DNA from: an uncultured archaeon
Lineage (GTDB): Archaea; Thermoproteota; Nitrososphaeria; Nitrososphaerales; Gagatemarchaeaceae
Assembly: GCA_963817525.1 (NCBI GenBank)
Contig: CAWFOU010000001.1
Location: forward strand, 1-64,000
DNA length: 64,000 nucleotides
Reading direction: 5' to 3'
Below the pieces are notes generated by a model. The model saw only the letters and a list, made by a program, of their open reading frames with translations, was not told the origin of the DNA and made no database searches. This document shows positions 41,299-50,147 of this stretch, piece after piece. A program made the translations under genes and the position numbers. The first letter of the stretch is position 1; every line of letters starts with the position of its first letter.

Positions 41299-42228
41299 AT
41301 GTTGGACACAATGAAAGTAAAGAACTCTTACATCCCGTGGTCCTTCCTGGACATAGCAGCGAAGGAAGAGGGGCTTTTCGAGAAGCGGGGCCTCGACGTG
41401 GAATTCTTCGCGGTGGGCCGCTCTGAGGCCGAGCCAGCCGACAAGGTCGCCTGGTATGGGAACCTCGTGAGGGACGGGAACCTCGACGCCTATTCCGTTT
41501 GCGCCTGGGGGGCCATCGACAGGCTCGCAGAGAAGGAGCGGGAGAAGATCGTGGCCGCAACGACCTCCTCTGGCTATGCTTTCTCCATACTGGTCGCGCC
41601 GGGTCTCGGAATCAAGACCGCGGCGGACCTCTCTGAGATACCGATCGCCGTCAACATGAAGACCGGCTCCCATTACTGCATCCTGAGCGACCTCGAGAGG
41701 GTGCTGCCATACAGCAAGATTAAGGTCATTCACGGAGGGGAGCCCCACAACAGGCTGAAGGGCCTCTTGGAAGGCAAGTTCCAAGCGGTCGCGCTCATCA
41801 GTCCCTACACGGAGCTCGCCGTCCAGCTCGGCTTCGTCAAGGTCGCCGAGACCAAGACCGTAGACGTCCTGGCATTCGTGGCCCGGGACGACATCCCGAT
41901 GGATGTCCTGACCCGCTATCTGGCCGCCCTAGACGAGGCTGCCAAGATGATGAAGAATGACCCGGAGAGGTTCAGGGACCTCTACGTGAGGACCCTGAGG
42001 GAGACGTTCCTCGGGTTCCCAGACGAGTGGAAGACGAGGATCAACAAGCTGATCGACAAGATCGCCCCGACCATCCCCATCACCACCTGGGGCGAGCTGA
42101 CGGAGTACCCGAGGGAGTCGTTCAACTCGCTCAGCACCTGGATGACCAAGCACAACCTGCTTCAGGCCAACGTCCAGTATGAGAACATGGTGATGAGCCA
42201 GCCCCTAGAGAACGTCCAGAGCGGCTAG
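41299..42228 (+). CDS. SsuA/NMT1/THI5-fold protein without signal peptide (copy 1)
   Basis: AAKEEGLFEKRGLDVE, YSVCAWG, GSHY, LLEGKFQAVALISPY. Confidence 0.78.
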   Translation: MLDTMKVKNSYIPWSFLDIAAKEEGLFEKRGLDVEFFAVGRSEAEPADKVAWYGNLVRDGNLDAYSVCAWGAIDRLAEKEREKIVAATTSSGYAFSILVAPGLGIKTAADLSEIPIAVNMKTGSHYCILSDLERVLPYSKIKVIHGGEPHNRLKGLLEGKFQAVALISPYTELAVQLGFVKVAETKTVDVLAFVARDDIPMDVLTRYLAALDEAAKMMKNDPERFRDLYVRTLRETFLGFPDEWKTRINKLIDKIAPTIPITTWGELTEYPRESFNSLSTWMTKHNLLQANVQYENMVMSQPLENVQSG

Positions 42229-42245
42229 AGGGAGGCGAGTCGTCA

Positions 42246-43175
42246 ATGGCGCAGAAGCTGACAACAATCTCGCACGGCTACTACCAGCCGTACTTCTACT
42301 GGATGTTCCCGATAGTGGTGGCTAGGGAGGAGGGCCTTTTCGAGAAGGAAGGGGTCGCCCTTGACGTCCACGACATCGTGCAAGGGGGGCAGCCAGAGAA
42401 CAAGGCGGAGTGGTATAGGGAAGCGCTCGACGAGCGGTCCCGGGACTTTTACTTCTGCTGCGCGTGGCAGGGCGTCTACAGCACCTGCGAGACGGGCAAG
42501 GGCAAGATAGGCGCGGCGATAAAGTCCACGCTAATCAAGACCTTCGGGATCTACACAAAGCCCGACTCCCCCATCCGCAACATACTCGACATCACCGAGA
42601 ACGGAGTGCAGATAGCGGTGAATAAGAACGCGGACGCGCACTACGTGACCTTGGAGAACCTCGCCGAATTCGTGCCCGCCTCGCAGATCAAGCTCAAGCA
42701 CCTGGGCGGGATCGACGGGTGCTTCGAGGCCCTGGCGAGAGGAGAAGTCCAGGCCGCGACGCTGGCAGGGCCGTACGCCGAGGCCGCAGAGGCGATAGGC
42801 TACAGGAGGGTGATGGCGCTCTCGCGGACCCTCCCTACGCTCATCGTGTTCAACGATGCCGTCGAGACTTCGGCGGCGAACTCGTTCCTGGCGGCCGTCA
42901 ACAAGGCGGTGGACAAGGTGAACGGCGACAGGACCAAGTATCGCGCAAGGTACCTGAAAGAGTTCGAGGAGGTCGTGAACAAATACATTCCCGAGCTCAA
43001 GGCCGACCTGCCAAAGATAAAGGCGAGGATTAGCCTCCCCACTTGGGCAGAGACCAAGGTGCTTGGCGAGCCCGAATTCAACGAGATTCATGACTTCCTG
43101 GTGGCGCACGGCCTCTCGTCCAAGGGGAAGGGATACGAGGGGACGGTCAAGACGAACCTCGCCATAGCGCACTGA
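42246..43175 (+). CDS. SsuA/NMT1/THI5-fold protein without signal peptide (copy 2)
   Basis: VAREEGLFEKEGVALD, YFCCAWQG, DAHY, LARGEVQAATLAGPY; paralog of the upstream gene. Confidence 0.78.
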   Translation: MAQKLTTISHGYYQPYFYWMFPIVVAREEGLFEKEGVALDVHDIVQGGQPENKAEWYREALDERSRDFYFCCAWQGVYSTCETGKGKIGAAIKSTLIKTFGIYTKPDSPIRNILDITENGVQIAVNKNADAHYVTLENLAEFVPASQIKLKHLGGIDGCFEALARGEVQAATLAGPYAEAAEAIGYRRVMALSRTLPTLIVFNDAVETSAANSFLAAVNKAVDKVNGDRTKYRARYLKEFEEVVNKYIPELKADLPKIKARISLPTWAETKVLGEPEFNEIHDFLVAHGLSSKGKGYEGTVKTNLAIAH

Positions 43176-43194
43176 CCTCGCGAGTGTGGGCTAG

Positions 43195-44574
43195 ATGGTA
43201 ACCAGAATGGAGAGGGCAATAGAGATTCCGCGCCGGTGGTACAACATCGCCCCAGACCTCCCGAGCAAGCTCCCCCCGGTGATAGACCAGAACACGCACG
43301 GCATCGCGGACAAGAAGATACTCCACAGGCTCTTCGTCAACGAGGTCGCAAAGGCCGAGTACTCCGGCGAGCGCTTCATCACCATCCCGGAGGAGCTCAG
43401 GGACGTATACTCCATCTGGAGGCCCACTCCCCTGGTGAGGGCGAAGCGGCTCGAGAGATACCTCAACACTCCGGCCAGGATCTACTACAAGAACGAGACC
43501 GTGAGCCCGCCGGGGTCCCACAAGGCCAACGCGGCCGTGGCCCAGGCCTACTACGCGAAGCAGGAGGGGACGGACAGGCTCGTGACCAGCACGACGGCGG
43601 GCCAGTGGGGCACCGCGCTCGCCTTCGGCTGCACCATCTTCGGGGTAAAGTGCACGGTCTACATGTCAAAGTCAAGCTACGACAGCAAGCCCTATCGGAA
43701 GGACCTAGCGGAGGCCTGGGGCGCCGAGATAATCTCCAGCCCCAGTACGAGGACGAAGGTGGGCAGGGACATCCTGAAGGAGGACCCGAACTCCAGCGGG
43801 TCGATGGCGGTCGCGAAGAGCGAGGCCCTCGAGGACACCGAGAACGACCCCACTGCAAAGGACGCCGTGGGGAGCATCATGAACTTCGTCCTCGCAACGC
43901 AGACGGTGATAGGCCAGGAGGCGCAGGCGCAGATGGAACCCTACGAAGACTACCCTGACATGGTGATCGGCTGCGTCGGAGGAGGAAGCAACTTCTCCGG
44001 GATATTCTGGCCGTACTACTACGAGATGGTCAACAAGATCAGCCCCAAGCAGGTCGAGTTCCTCGGCGTGGAGTCGTCCGCCGTCCCGAAGCTGACGCAG
44101 GGCCAATACATCTACGACCACTCCGACGTGATGCGGATGAGCCCGCTCTTCAAGATGTACACCGCCGGGCACACGTACAACCCTCCCGAGATCCACACGG
44201 GCGGCTTGAGGGTCCACGGCACGGCCCCGACGCTCAGCCTCCTGCACGCCGCGGGCATCGTCAAGGCCGTCGCGTACAACCAGGTGGAGGTGTTCGAGGC
44301 CGGCGCCCTGTTCGCGAGGACCGAAGGCATCCTCCCCGCTCCAGAGTCCGCCCACGCGATAAAGGCCACGATAGACGAGGCCAAGCGTTGCAAGGCGCAG
44401 AACAAAGAGAAGGTCATACTCTTCAGCCTGTGCGGACACGGCATCCTGGACATCGAAGGATACCGCGAGTACTTCTCGGGCAAGATGACGGAGAACAACG
44501 CCGACCCAGCGGAGCTGAAGAGGTCCCTCGACGAGGTGAAGGGCCTCTATCCCTGGCTCCAGGGCAGCGACTAA
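43195..44574 (+). CDS. trpB2: TrpB2-family PLP enzyme with non-canonical active site
   Basis: WYNI, WRPTPL, GSHKAN (PLP Lys), GCVGGGSNF, PAPESAHA, CGHG; the TETGAGQWG motif reads TSTTAGQWG. Confidence 0.9.
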   Translation: MVTRMERAIEIPRRWYNIAPDLPSKLPPVIDQNTHGIADKKILHRLFVNEVAKAEYSGERFITIPEELRDVYSIWRPTPLVRAKRLERYLNTPARIYYKNETVSPPGSHKANAAVAQAYYAKQEGTDRLVTSTTAGQWGTALAFGCTIFGVKCTVYMSKSSYDSKPYRKDLAEAWGAEIISSPSTRTKVGRDILKEDPNSSGSMAVAKSEALEDTENDPTAKDAVGSIMNFVLATQTVIGQEAQAQMEPYEDYPDMVIGCVGGGSNFSGIFWPYYYEMVNKISPKQVEFLGVESSAVPKLTQGQYIYDHSDVMRMSPLFKMYTAGHTYNPPEIHTGGLRVHGTAPTLSLLHAAGIVKAVAYNQVEVFEAGALFARTEGILPAPESAHAIKATIDEAKRCKAQNKEKVILFSLCGHGILDIEGYREYFSGKMTENNADPAELKRSLDEVKGLYPWLQGSD

Positions 44575-44609
44575 GCATCAAATACACGGACGGTTGAGCT
44601 AGCGAGCCC

Positions 44610-45446
44610 ATGGCCAAGCGAAGACCTCTCTCCTACGGAGAGTACCTTGGCCTCGACGAGCTCCTGGACCTCCAGCGCCTCGTCTCGAAGCCCAGGCAGC
44701 ACGACGAGGTGCTGTTCCTCATCGCCCACCAGGCCTACGAGCTCTGGTTCAAGCTGATGCTCAACGAGCTGGAGACCGCCATCTCGCACATGCTGGCCGA
44801 CAACCTCGCCGAGGCGACCAGGCTGATACGCAGGGTCGTCCCGGTCCAGAGGGTCCTGATAGACCAGCTCGAGGTCCTCGAGACGATCAGGCCGACGGAT
44901 TTCTTGAAGTTCAGGAGCATACTCCATCCGGCGAGCGGCTTCCAGTCGCTCCAGTTCAGGGAGCTCGAGTTCATCTCCGGGCAGAAGGACGAGAGGTTCC
45001 TCAAGCTCCACGCCGGGAACGAGAAGGACTACGAGCAGCTCCTGAAGAGGTGGGAGGCGCCCTCGCTCTGGGACGGGTTCAGGACGGTCCTCGAGGAGAG
45101 GGGGTTCGACGTCGGGGGGAGGGCGAAGGGGAAAGAGGCCGAGGTCTTCGAGCTCGAGGTCCAGGCGTCCCTCAAGATATTCACGGAGAGCAAGTACCTG
45201 CACGTCGCCGACCTCGCCGAAGCCATGCTGGAGTACGACAAGTACTTCCAGCTCTGGCGCAGCCACCACATCATGATGGTGGAGCGCGTGATAGGCGGGA
45301 GGCCGGGCACGGGCGAACGTGAGGTCAAGAAGACGATGGGGCCGACCTCATTCCGTCCCTCAGGCGTCAACTACCTCCAGACGACGATGGGCAAGAGGTT
45401 CTTCCCGGCGCTCTGGGCTGCCCGGACAAGGATCGGGGCGTACTGA
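44610..45446 (+). CDS. kynA: Tryptophan 2,3-dioxygenase family heme enzyme
   Basis: SYGEYL, HDEVLFLIAHQAYELWFK, SGFQSLQFRELE, HIMMVERVIG..GTG, FFPALW. Confidence 0.88.
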   Translation: MAKRRPLSYGEYLGLDELLDLQRLVSKPRQHDEVLFLIAHQAYELWFKLMLNELETAISHMLADNLAEATRLIRRVVPVQRVLIDQLEVLETIRPTDFLKFRSILHPASGFQSLQFRELEFISGQKDERFLKLHAGNEKDYEQLLKRWEAPSLWDGFRTVLEERGFDVGGRAKGKEAEVFELEVQASLKIFTESKYLHVADLAEAMLEYDKYFQLWRSHHIMMVERVIGGRPGTGEREVKKTMGPTSFRPSGVNYLQTTMGKRFFPALWAARTRIGAY

Positions 45447-45462
45447 GCCTCTAGGGCTCGGC

Positions 45463-46416
45463 TCACGGAAGCCGAAGCTTGGAGAAAGTCTCCAGCGTCC
45501 CCGGGAGGGTCGAGAGGTCTTCCGCGTCCGGATGGAAGGAATCCTTCGCGGAGTACTCGACCTCGAAGGGGTACCCCGCCTTCACGCCGGGGAGTGAGGG
45601 GGATATCCCTGTGATCTTCCCGAGGAGCCTCTGACCCTCCTTGCTCAACAGAAAGTCCAGGAAGTTGCGCGCCGACTTGTTGTCCTTCGCCGTCTTCAGG
45701 AGTCCCGCGGTGGTGAACGTGAGCATCCGTGGTATCCGCTCGCTCGCGAACGACCTGACCGGGGAGCCCGCGGTCCTCTCACGGAAGTAGGCCAGCGAAT
45801 ACACTGTCAAGGACAGGTCGTGGTCGCCGTCGATGAGGCCCTGCAACAGGTGGTCGATGCAGTCGTAGGTCAGGGGCCTGTTGGGGCCTGCCAGGCTCTC
45901 GAGGAACGCTGTCCACTTCTTCTCGGAGACCCTCCTTTTGAGGAAGTTCATGTAGTGGGCGCCGATGTTGCCGAACTTGCTCGTTGTGAGAGACTGCATC
46001 CCGAGCCTCCCCCTCCATTCGGGGGACGCTATCTCCTCGAGGCTCTCCGGCAGGTCCTTGGCGGCGAGCCTCTTCGGGTTGTGGGCCATCGTCATGAACG
46101 TGACGCCCGCCGCGAACCAGTTGAGCCCCCTATCGTAGAACTCCTGGGGATAGGCGCCGATGTCCTTCGCGTCGTGTGGTGTGAAGAGCCCCTCAGCGTT
46201 CATTTGCAGGGCGACGTAGTGCGGGACCAATACGATGTCCGCCGTCCTCATGCCGTTCTTCATCTCCTCGCGAATCCGCTCCCGCACCTGGAAGGGGTGG
46301 TCGTCGAGGTAGACAGGAAACTCCTCCAGGGTGTTCTTCTTCCTGAACTCCCAAAGGAGGTCGGACGTACCGGACCGGAGCCCGAGCGAAGCGTAGATTA
46401 TCACGCGCTCAGGCAT
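45463..46416 (-). CDS. AfuA/FbpA-like solute-binding-fold protein without signal peptide
   Basis: IIYASL, ADIV, LPESLEEIASPEWRGRL, ARNFLDFLLSKEGQ. Confidence 0.75.
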   Translation of the reverse strand: MPERVIIYASLGLRSGTSDLLWEFRKKNTLEEFPVYLDDHPFQVRERIREEMKNGMRTADIVLVPHYVALQMNAEGLFTPHDAKDIGAYPQEFYDRGLNWFAAGVTFMTMAHNPKRLAAKDLPESLEEIASPEWRGRLGMQSLTTSKFGNIGAHYMNFLKRRVSEKKWTAFLESLAGPNRPLTYDCIDHLLQGLIDGDHDLSLTVYSLAYFRERTAGSPVRSFASERIPRMLTFTTAGLLKTAKDNKSARNFLDFLLSKEGQRLLGKITGISPSLPGVKAGYPFEVEYSAKDSFHPDAEDLSTLPGTLETFSKLRLP

Positions 46417-46487
46417 TCGATTTTCGTGCTTGTCTCCAGTTATTTATCGGTTGTTCCTCCGTTAGGAGGTTAGGCGGCGTGCTCCCT

Positions 46488-47060
46488 TCATTTCGGATAG
46501 GCCGCGATTACTTTCACCATGGAGCTTATCAAGGCGCTGGCGTCCTCCGGCTCGACGTTCGAGCCCAGTCTCGCTCCCTGCGATGCACCATCGTCAGTGG
46601 CAGAGTCGTATTCAATGGTCTCAGTGTCGGCCAATCCATCTTTCCCGATGAGCGCGTCGATGTGTCGGTCGTCTCCCAATTCTCTTAACCTATCGAATGC
46701 AGCGAGGATGATGGTTTCGTGTCCGTTCTCATGGATCCGGGCAGCCTGCAAATACCTTTTCCATTCCAGAGCATCTTGATTCGACGCTCCTTTTCCATCC
46801 CATTCGGGCAAGGTCGTAAGGACGCTATAGGTAACCAGTTTGCCCTCCCGGCCATCGACAGATTGCCAAGAGTAGGTTGTGAAAGATGGATGCCCGTCTT
46901 TGTTCGGCGTCAGCTCTCTCATGCTTTCTCTTATCTTCTCGAGGCTTCCTCCTGCTACCGAGTACGTTTTGACAGACGAGCTTCCGTGGACTTCCAGATA
47001 GGTCAAGGCGCCAGGCCGTAAGGCTGCGGCGAGGGATAAAAGTTCTGGGTCACCCAGTTT
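46488..47060 (-). CDS. Hypothetical protein, AT-richer than neighbours (start uncertain)
   Basis: About 190-aa open frame filling the gap; the ORF-track N-terminus overlaps the aminotransferase. Confidence 0.45.
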   Translation of the reverse strand, partial: KLGDPELLSLAAALRPGALTYLEVHGSSSVKTYSVAGGSLEKIRESMRELTPNKDGHPSFTTYSWQSVDGREGKLVTYSVLTTLPEWDGKGASNQDALEWKRYLQAARIHENGHETIILAAFDRLRELGDDRHIDALIGKDGLADTETIEYDSATDDGASQGARLGSNVEPEDASALISSMVKVIAAYPK

Positions 47061-47070
47061 TCGAGGACAA

Positions 47071-48210
47071 TTAGCCGGAGCCCCGGAAGAAGTCGCCGAG
47101 CCTGCGCGTCCCCTCCACGATGGTCTCGGGGGGGCTGCCGAAGGAGATCCTGAGGTGCTTCTCGCCCGAGGGGCCAAAGATGACGCCGGGGAGCACCGCG
47201 ACATTGTGTTCGTCGAGGAGCCGGCGGGCGACCGTCATCGAGCTCAGTCGCCCCTCAAACTTCGGGAACCCGTAGAACGCCCCCTCCACCTTCCCGCTCT
47301 GTAGGGCGGGGATCTTCGAGAGCCCCTCCTCGAGGAGCCCCCTCCTCTTCCTGAGCTCCTCCCTGAACTCCGCGGTGTAGCGGTCACAGTTTCGGATTGC
47401 GTAGGCCGAGGCAGCCTGGATGAACGGCGGGAAGCAGGTCACGGCGGTCTCGAGGAACCTGTTGACCCTCAGGATCGTCTCCTTGTCGGCGACGACGTAG
47501 CCGGCGCGCCAGCCGGTCATCGCGAAGCTCTTCGAGAGGCTGAAAAGAGAGATGACGGCCCGCGGGGATCCCTCCATCGAGCCGATCGAGAGGTGCTTCT
47601 TCTCGTAGACCAGGTCCTCGTACGCCTCGTCGCTGATGACCTTTATCCCGCGCCCTACGCAGAGATCGAGCAGCTCCTTCAGCTCGCTCCTCCCGAAGAC
47701 CTTCCCTGCAGGGTTCGAAGGCGTGTTGACGATGATCGCACGCGTCCTTGGGGTGATCTTGGACTTGACCTCGTCGACGTCCAGGGAGAAGTCTTCGGCG
47801 AGCTTGTACCTCACCGGCTTGCCTCCCGAGAGCAGCACTGGCTCGGAGTAGTAGTATCCCGGGTCTGGGACCAGCGCCTCGTAGCCCTGCTTGTACAGCG
47901 AAAGCAGCGACGCGTAGATGGATAACTTGGTCGTGATGAAGATGACGTTCTCCAGCCCTGCCTTGAGGTGGTTCTTCCGCCTCACCTTATCCGCTATCGC
48001 CTCCCTGAGGTCGTCCGACCCCCAAGACGAGCTGTAGTGCCCACCCCCGCTCTTCATGCTCTGGTAGGCCGCCTCGACTATCGGGAGCGGGGTGTCGAAC
48101 GACGGCTCCCCTATGGAAAGGGTGAACACCTTCTCGCCCGCGGCTCTCTTCTTCGCCGCGAGGTTGAATATCTCAAAGGCGGGCGAGTCTTGAATCTCGT
48201 CTAGGGGCAT
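47071..48210 (-). CDS. Class I PLP aminotransferase (AspC/kynurenine aminotransferase-like)
   Basis: IGEPSF, NTPSNPAG, SDEAY, SLSKSFAMTGWRAG, GAFY. Confidence 0.92.
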   Translation of the reverse strand: MPLDEIQDSPAFEIFNLAAKKRAAGEKVFTLSIGEPSFDTPLPIVEAAYQSMKSGGGHYSSSWGSDDLREAIADKVRRKNHLKAGLENVIFITTKLSIYASLLSLYKQGYEALVPDPGYYYSEPVLLSGGKPVRYKLAEDFSLDVDEVKSKITPRTRAIIVNTPSNPAGKVFGRSELKELLDLCVGRGIKVISDEAYEDLVYEKKHLSIGSMEGSPRAVISLFSLSKSFAMTGWRAGYVVADKETILRVNRFLETAVTCFPPFIQAASAYAIRNCDRYTAEFREELRKRRGLLEEGLSKIPALQSGKVEGAFYGFPKFEGRLSSMTVARRLLDEHNVAVLPGVIFGPSGEKHLRISFGSPPETIVEGTRRLGDFFRGSG

Positions 48211-48370
48211 CCCCTTCGCGCGCTGAGCGTCCGGATTTAAGCGTGCAAGGAGGCTCGCCCTACTGCATGTTTACGAACGCACGCCAGAAGCCGGTCATTC
48301 TGGACAATTGGACGCTTCCTTGCGGACAGACTTATATATAATATAGCCTGACTAGGTCTCCGTCAACCGC

Positions 48371-48706
48371 TTGAAGAAAGTCCAAGCCGAGGTCAGAAAG
48401 GAGAGGTTCCCAGAGGTGGATTTCGCGCTGAAGAGGCTCGGAGTCCCCGGGCTCACCGTGGCCGAAGAGCAGCGCGCAGGCAGGGGAATGTGGACCTATC
48501 CGCTCGAGAACGTAAAGCACGTCATCCTCACCGTCGTGGTGGAGGACGAGAGCGCCAGCAAGGTGGTGGAGTCAATCTGCGGGACCGCCTCGACAAAGTC
48601 CTGGGGCGATGGCCGGATAGCGGTGAGCACGGTCGAGAACGTCTACGACATTGGCTCTGGAAGATTCGACCGAAGCGAGCTGGCGATGCCGACGCTGGGT
48701 CCCTGA
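48371..48706 (+). CDS. Divergent P-II family protein
   Basis: MKKVQAEVR...GLTV...GDGRIAVSTVENVYDI; short T-loop. Confidence 0.82.
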   Translation: MKKVQAEVRKERFPEVDFALKRLGVPGLTVAEEQRAGRGMWTYPLENVKHVILTVVVEDESASKVVESICGTASTKSWGDGRIAVSTVENVYDIGSGRFDRSELAMPTLGP

Positions 48707-48728
48707 AATTCTTAGTTTTCCTAAGGCG

Positions 48729-48971
48729 TTATTCCGTCGGACCGCCGCTGGCCTTGTACTTTGAGATCAGCGCGGCCACGCCTGCTATCACGAGCATCAA
48801 CGAGCAGAGGTATAGCACAGGGACGAGCGGCGGCTGGAGGCCGTCTCCGCCGGCGTTGACGAACGTCTCGTAGGTCATTAGGCTCCCTATCGCGAGGAAC
48901 GCCACCCCGACCATCCGAATCAGGACGTTCACCCTGGAGTCGTCGGCGTTAATCGTCTTGCCCTTGCTCAT
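48729..48971 (-). CDS. Small membrane protein (2 TM)
   Basis: Two hydrophobic helices. Confidence 0.6.
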   Translation of the reverse strand: MSKGKTINADDSRVNVLIRMVGVAFLAIGSLMTYETFVNAGGDGLQPPLVPVLYLCSLMLVIAGVAALISKYKASGGPTE

Positions 48972-49049
48972 CTTCGACTCTTCTCCCGACCGCAGAAAAG
49001 GAGTAAATAAGTTATCCAGTCGCCGCCATGAGCGACGCCCCGCTTGGGG

Positions 49050-50147
49050 CTAGTTGCTCTTGAGGAGCTCGAGCTTCTCAGGGAGGTAGGTGTCCACGAT
49101 GTAGCTAAGGCCGTACCTGGAGAATGCCTCCTGCTCGCTCTTCCTCTTGTTCTTCAGGAAGGTGTCGAGCTCGTCGTGCCAGAGCTTCTCCTTGTATCGG
49201 GGGTCCGCCTTTAGCTCGTAGACGCGCTTGATGTCTATCTCTGTGAGCGGGTCCGAGGGAAGCTTGTACTTTACAATGTCACTTGCCCACACGCCTAGCC
49301 AGACCCCGGACGGCGTCGTGAGGTCCCTGAGGTGTGCTGCATTAGCACTGCCTGATTTTATCACCATCGCGATGTGGGCGCCCCAGGGGTCTGCGTCGCA
49401 GAGTATCCCGATGGGCAGCTTCATCTCTTGGTGGAGCCTCCTCAGCAGGTATCTGGTTGCCCTCGGCGGCTGGCCGGCCGTGTTGATGAGTATCGCCTTG
49501 TACTTTGAGTGGACCTTCTCCTCGATGAACCTAGTGAAGAGGCCGCCCTTCTCGATGGCGAGGACAATCTCGGCGTCCGTGTCCGCGAACTCCGCGGTGG
49601 TCATGGCAGGCCCTATCATCATACCGTCAGGGTGGGCCGACAGGTCGAGCTTCTTCCCCTCGTAGCCGGGGACGGTGTACTCTATCGTGAGGTTCCCGAA
49701 TATCGCGCTCCTCTCCTCTGGGTAGACGTTGAACTCCTCCCTCGCCCCTCCCAGGAGCACCTCGAGGTCGGTGATGAGCTCGTCCGACTCGGCCTGGTCC
49801 TGGAACTCCACGTCGAAGGCCTGGGCGGAGTAGTAGACGTCTCTCAGCGTCGAGGTCTTCTTCTCCTCAACCAGCTTCTTGGAGAAGTACGCCAGCCACA
49901 GGAGCTGCGTGAACGGCCTGATGTGCTTGATGTTCCCTGCCGACCTCTTCACGGAGGACGACCCGAGGATGAACTGCTGGAGCTTCTTGTCGTAGACTAT
50001 GTTGCTGACCGACCTGCTCGCGAACGTGACCGAGGGGAACCTCGAGTTGTCCAGGTCTTCGTAGACCTCGTGCCCTATCACGCCGAGGGCCTTTTCGATC
50101 TTCTCCTTCCTGGCCTCAGCTGTAGTCTTCGATTTTTGCTTGCTCAT
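49050..50147 (-). CDS. top6A: DNA topoisomerase VI subunit A
   Basis: TLRDVYY (catalytic Tyr), AIEKGG, DADPWG. Confidence 0.96.
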   Translation of the reverse strand: MSKQKSKTTAEARKEKIEKALGVIGHEVYEDLDNSRFPSVTFASRSVSNIVYDKKLQQFILGSSSVKRSAGNIKHIRPFTQLLWLAYFSKKLVEEKKTSTLRDVYYSAQAFDVEFQDQAESDELITDLEVLLGGAREEFNVYPEERSAIFGNLTIEYTVPGYEGKKLDLSAHPDGMMIGPAMTTAEFADTDAEIVLAIEKGGLFTRFIEEKVHSKYKAILINTAGQPPRATRYLLRRLHQEMKLPIGILCDADPWGAHIAMVIKSGSANAAHLRDLTTPSGVWLGVWASDIVKYKLPSDPLTEIDIKRVYELKADPRYKEKLWHDELDTFLKNKRKSEQEAFSRYGLSYIVDTYLPEKLELLKSN

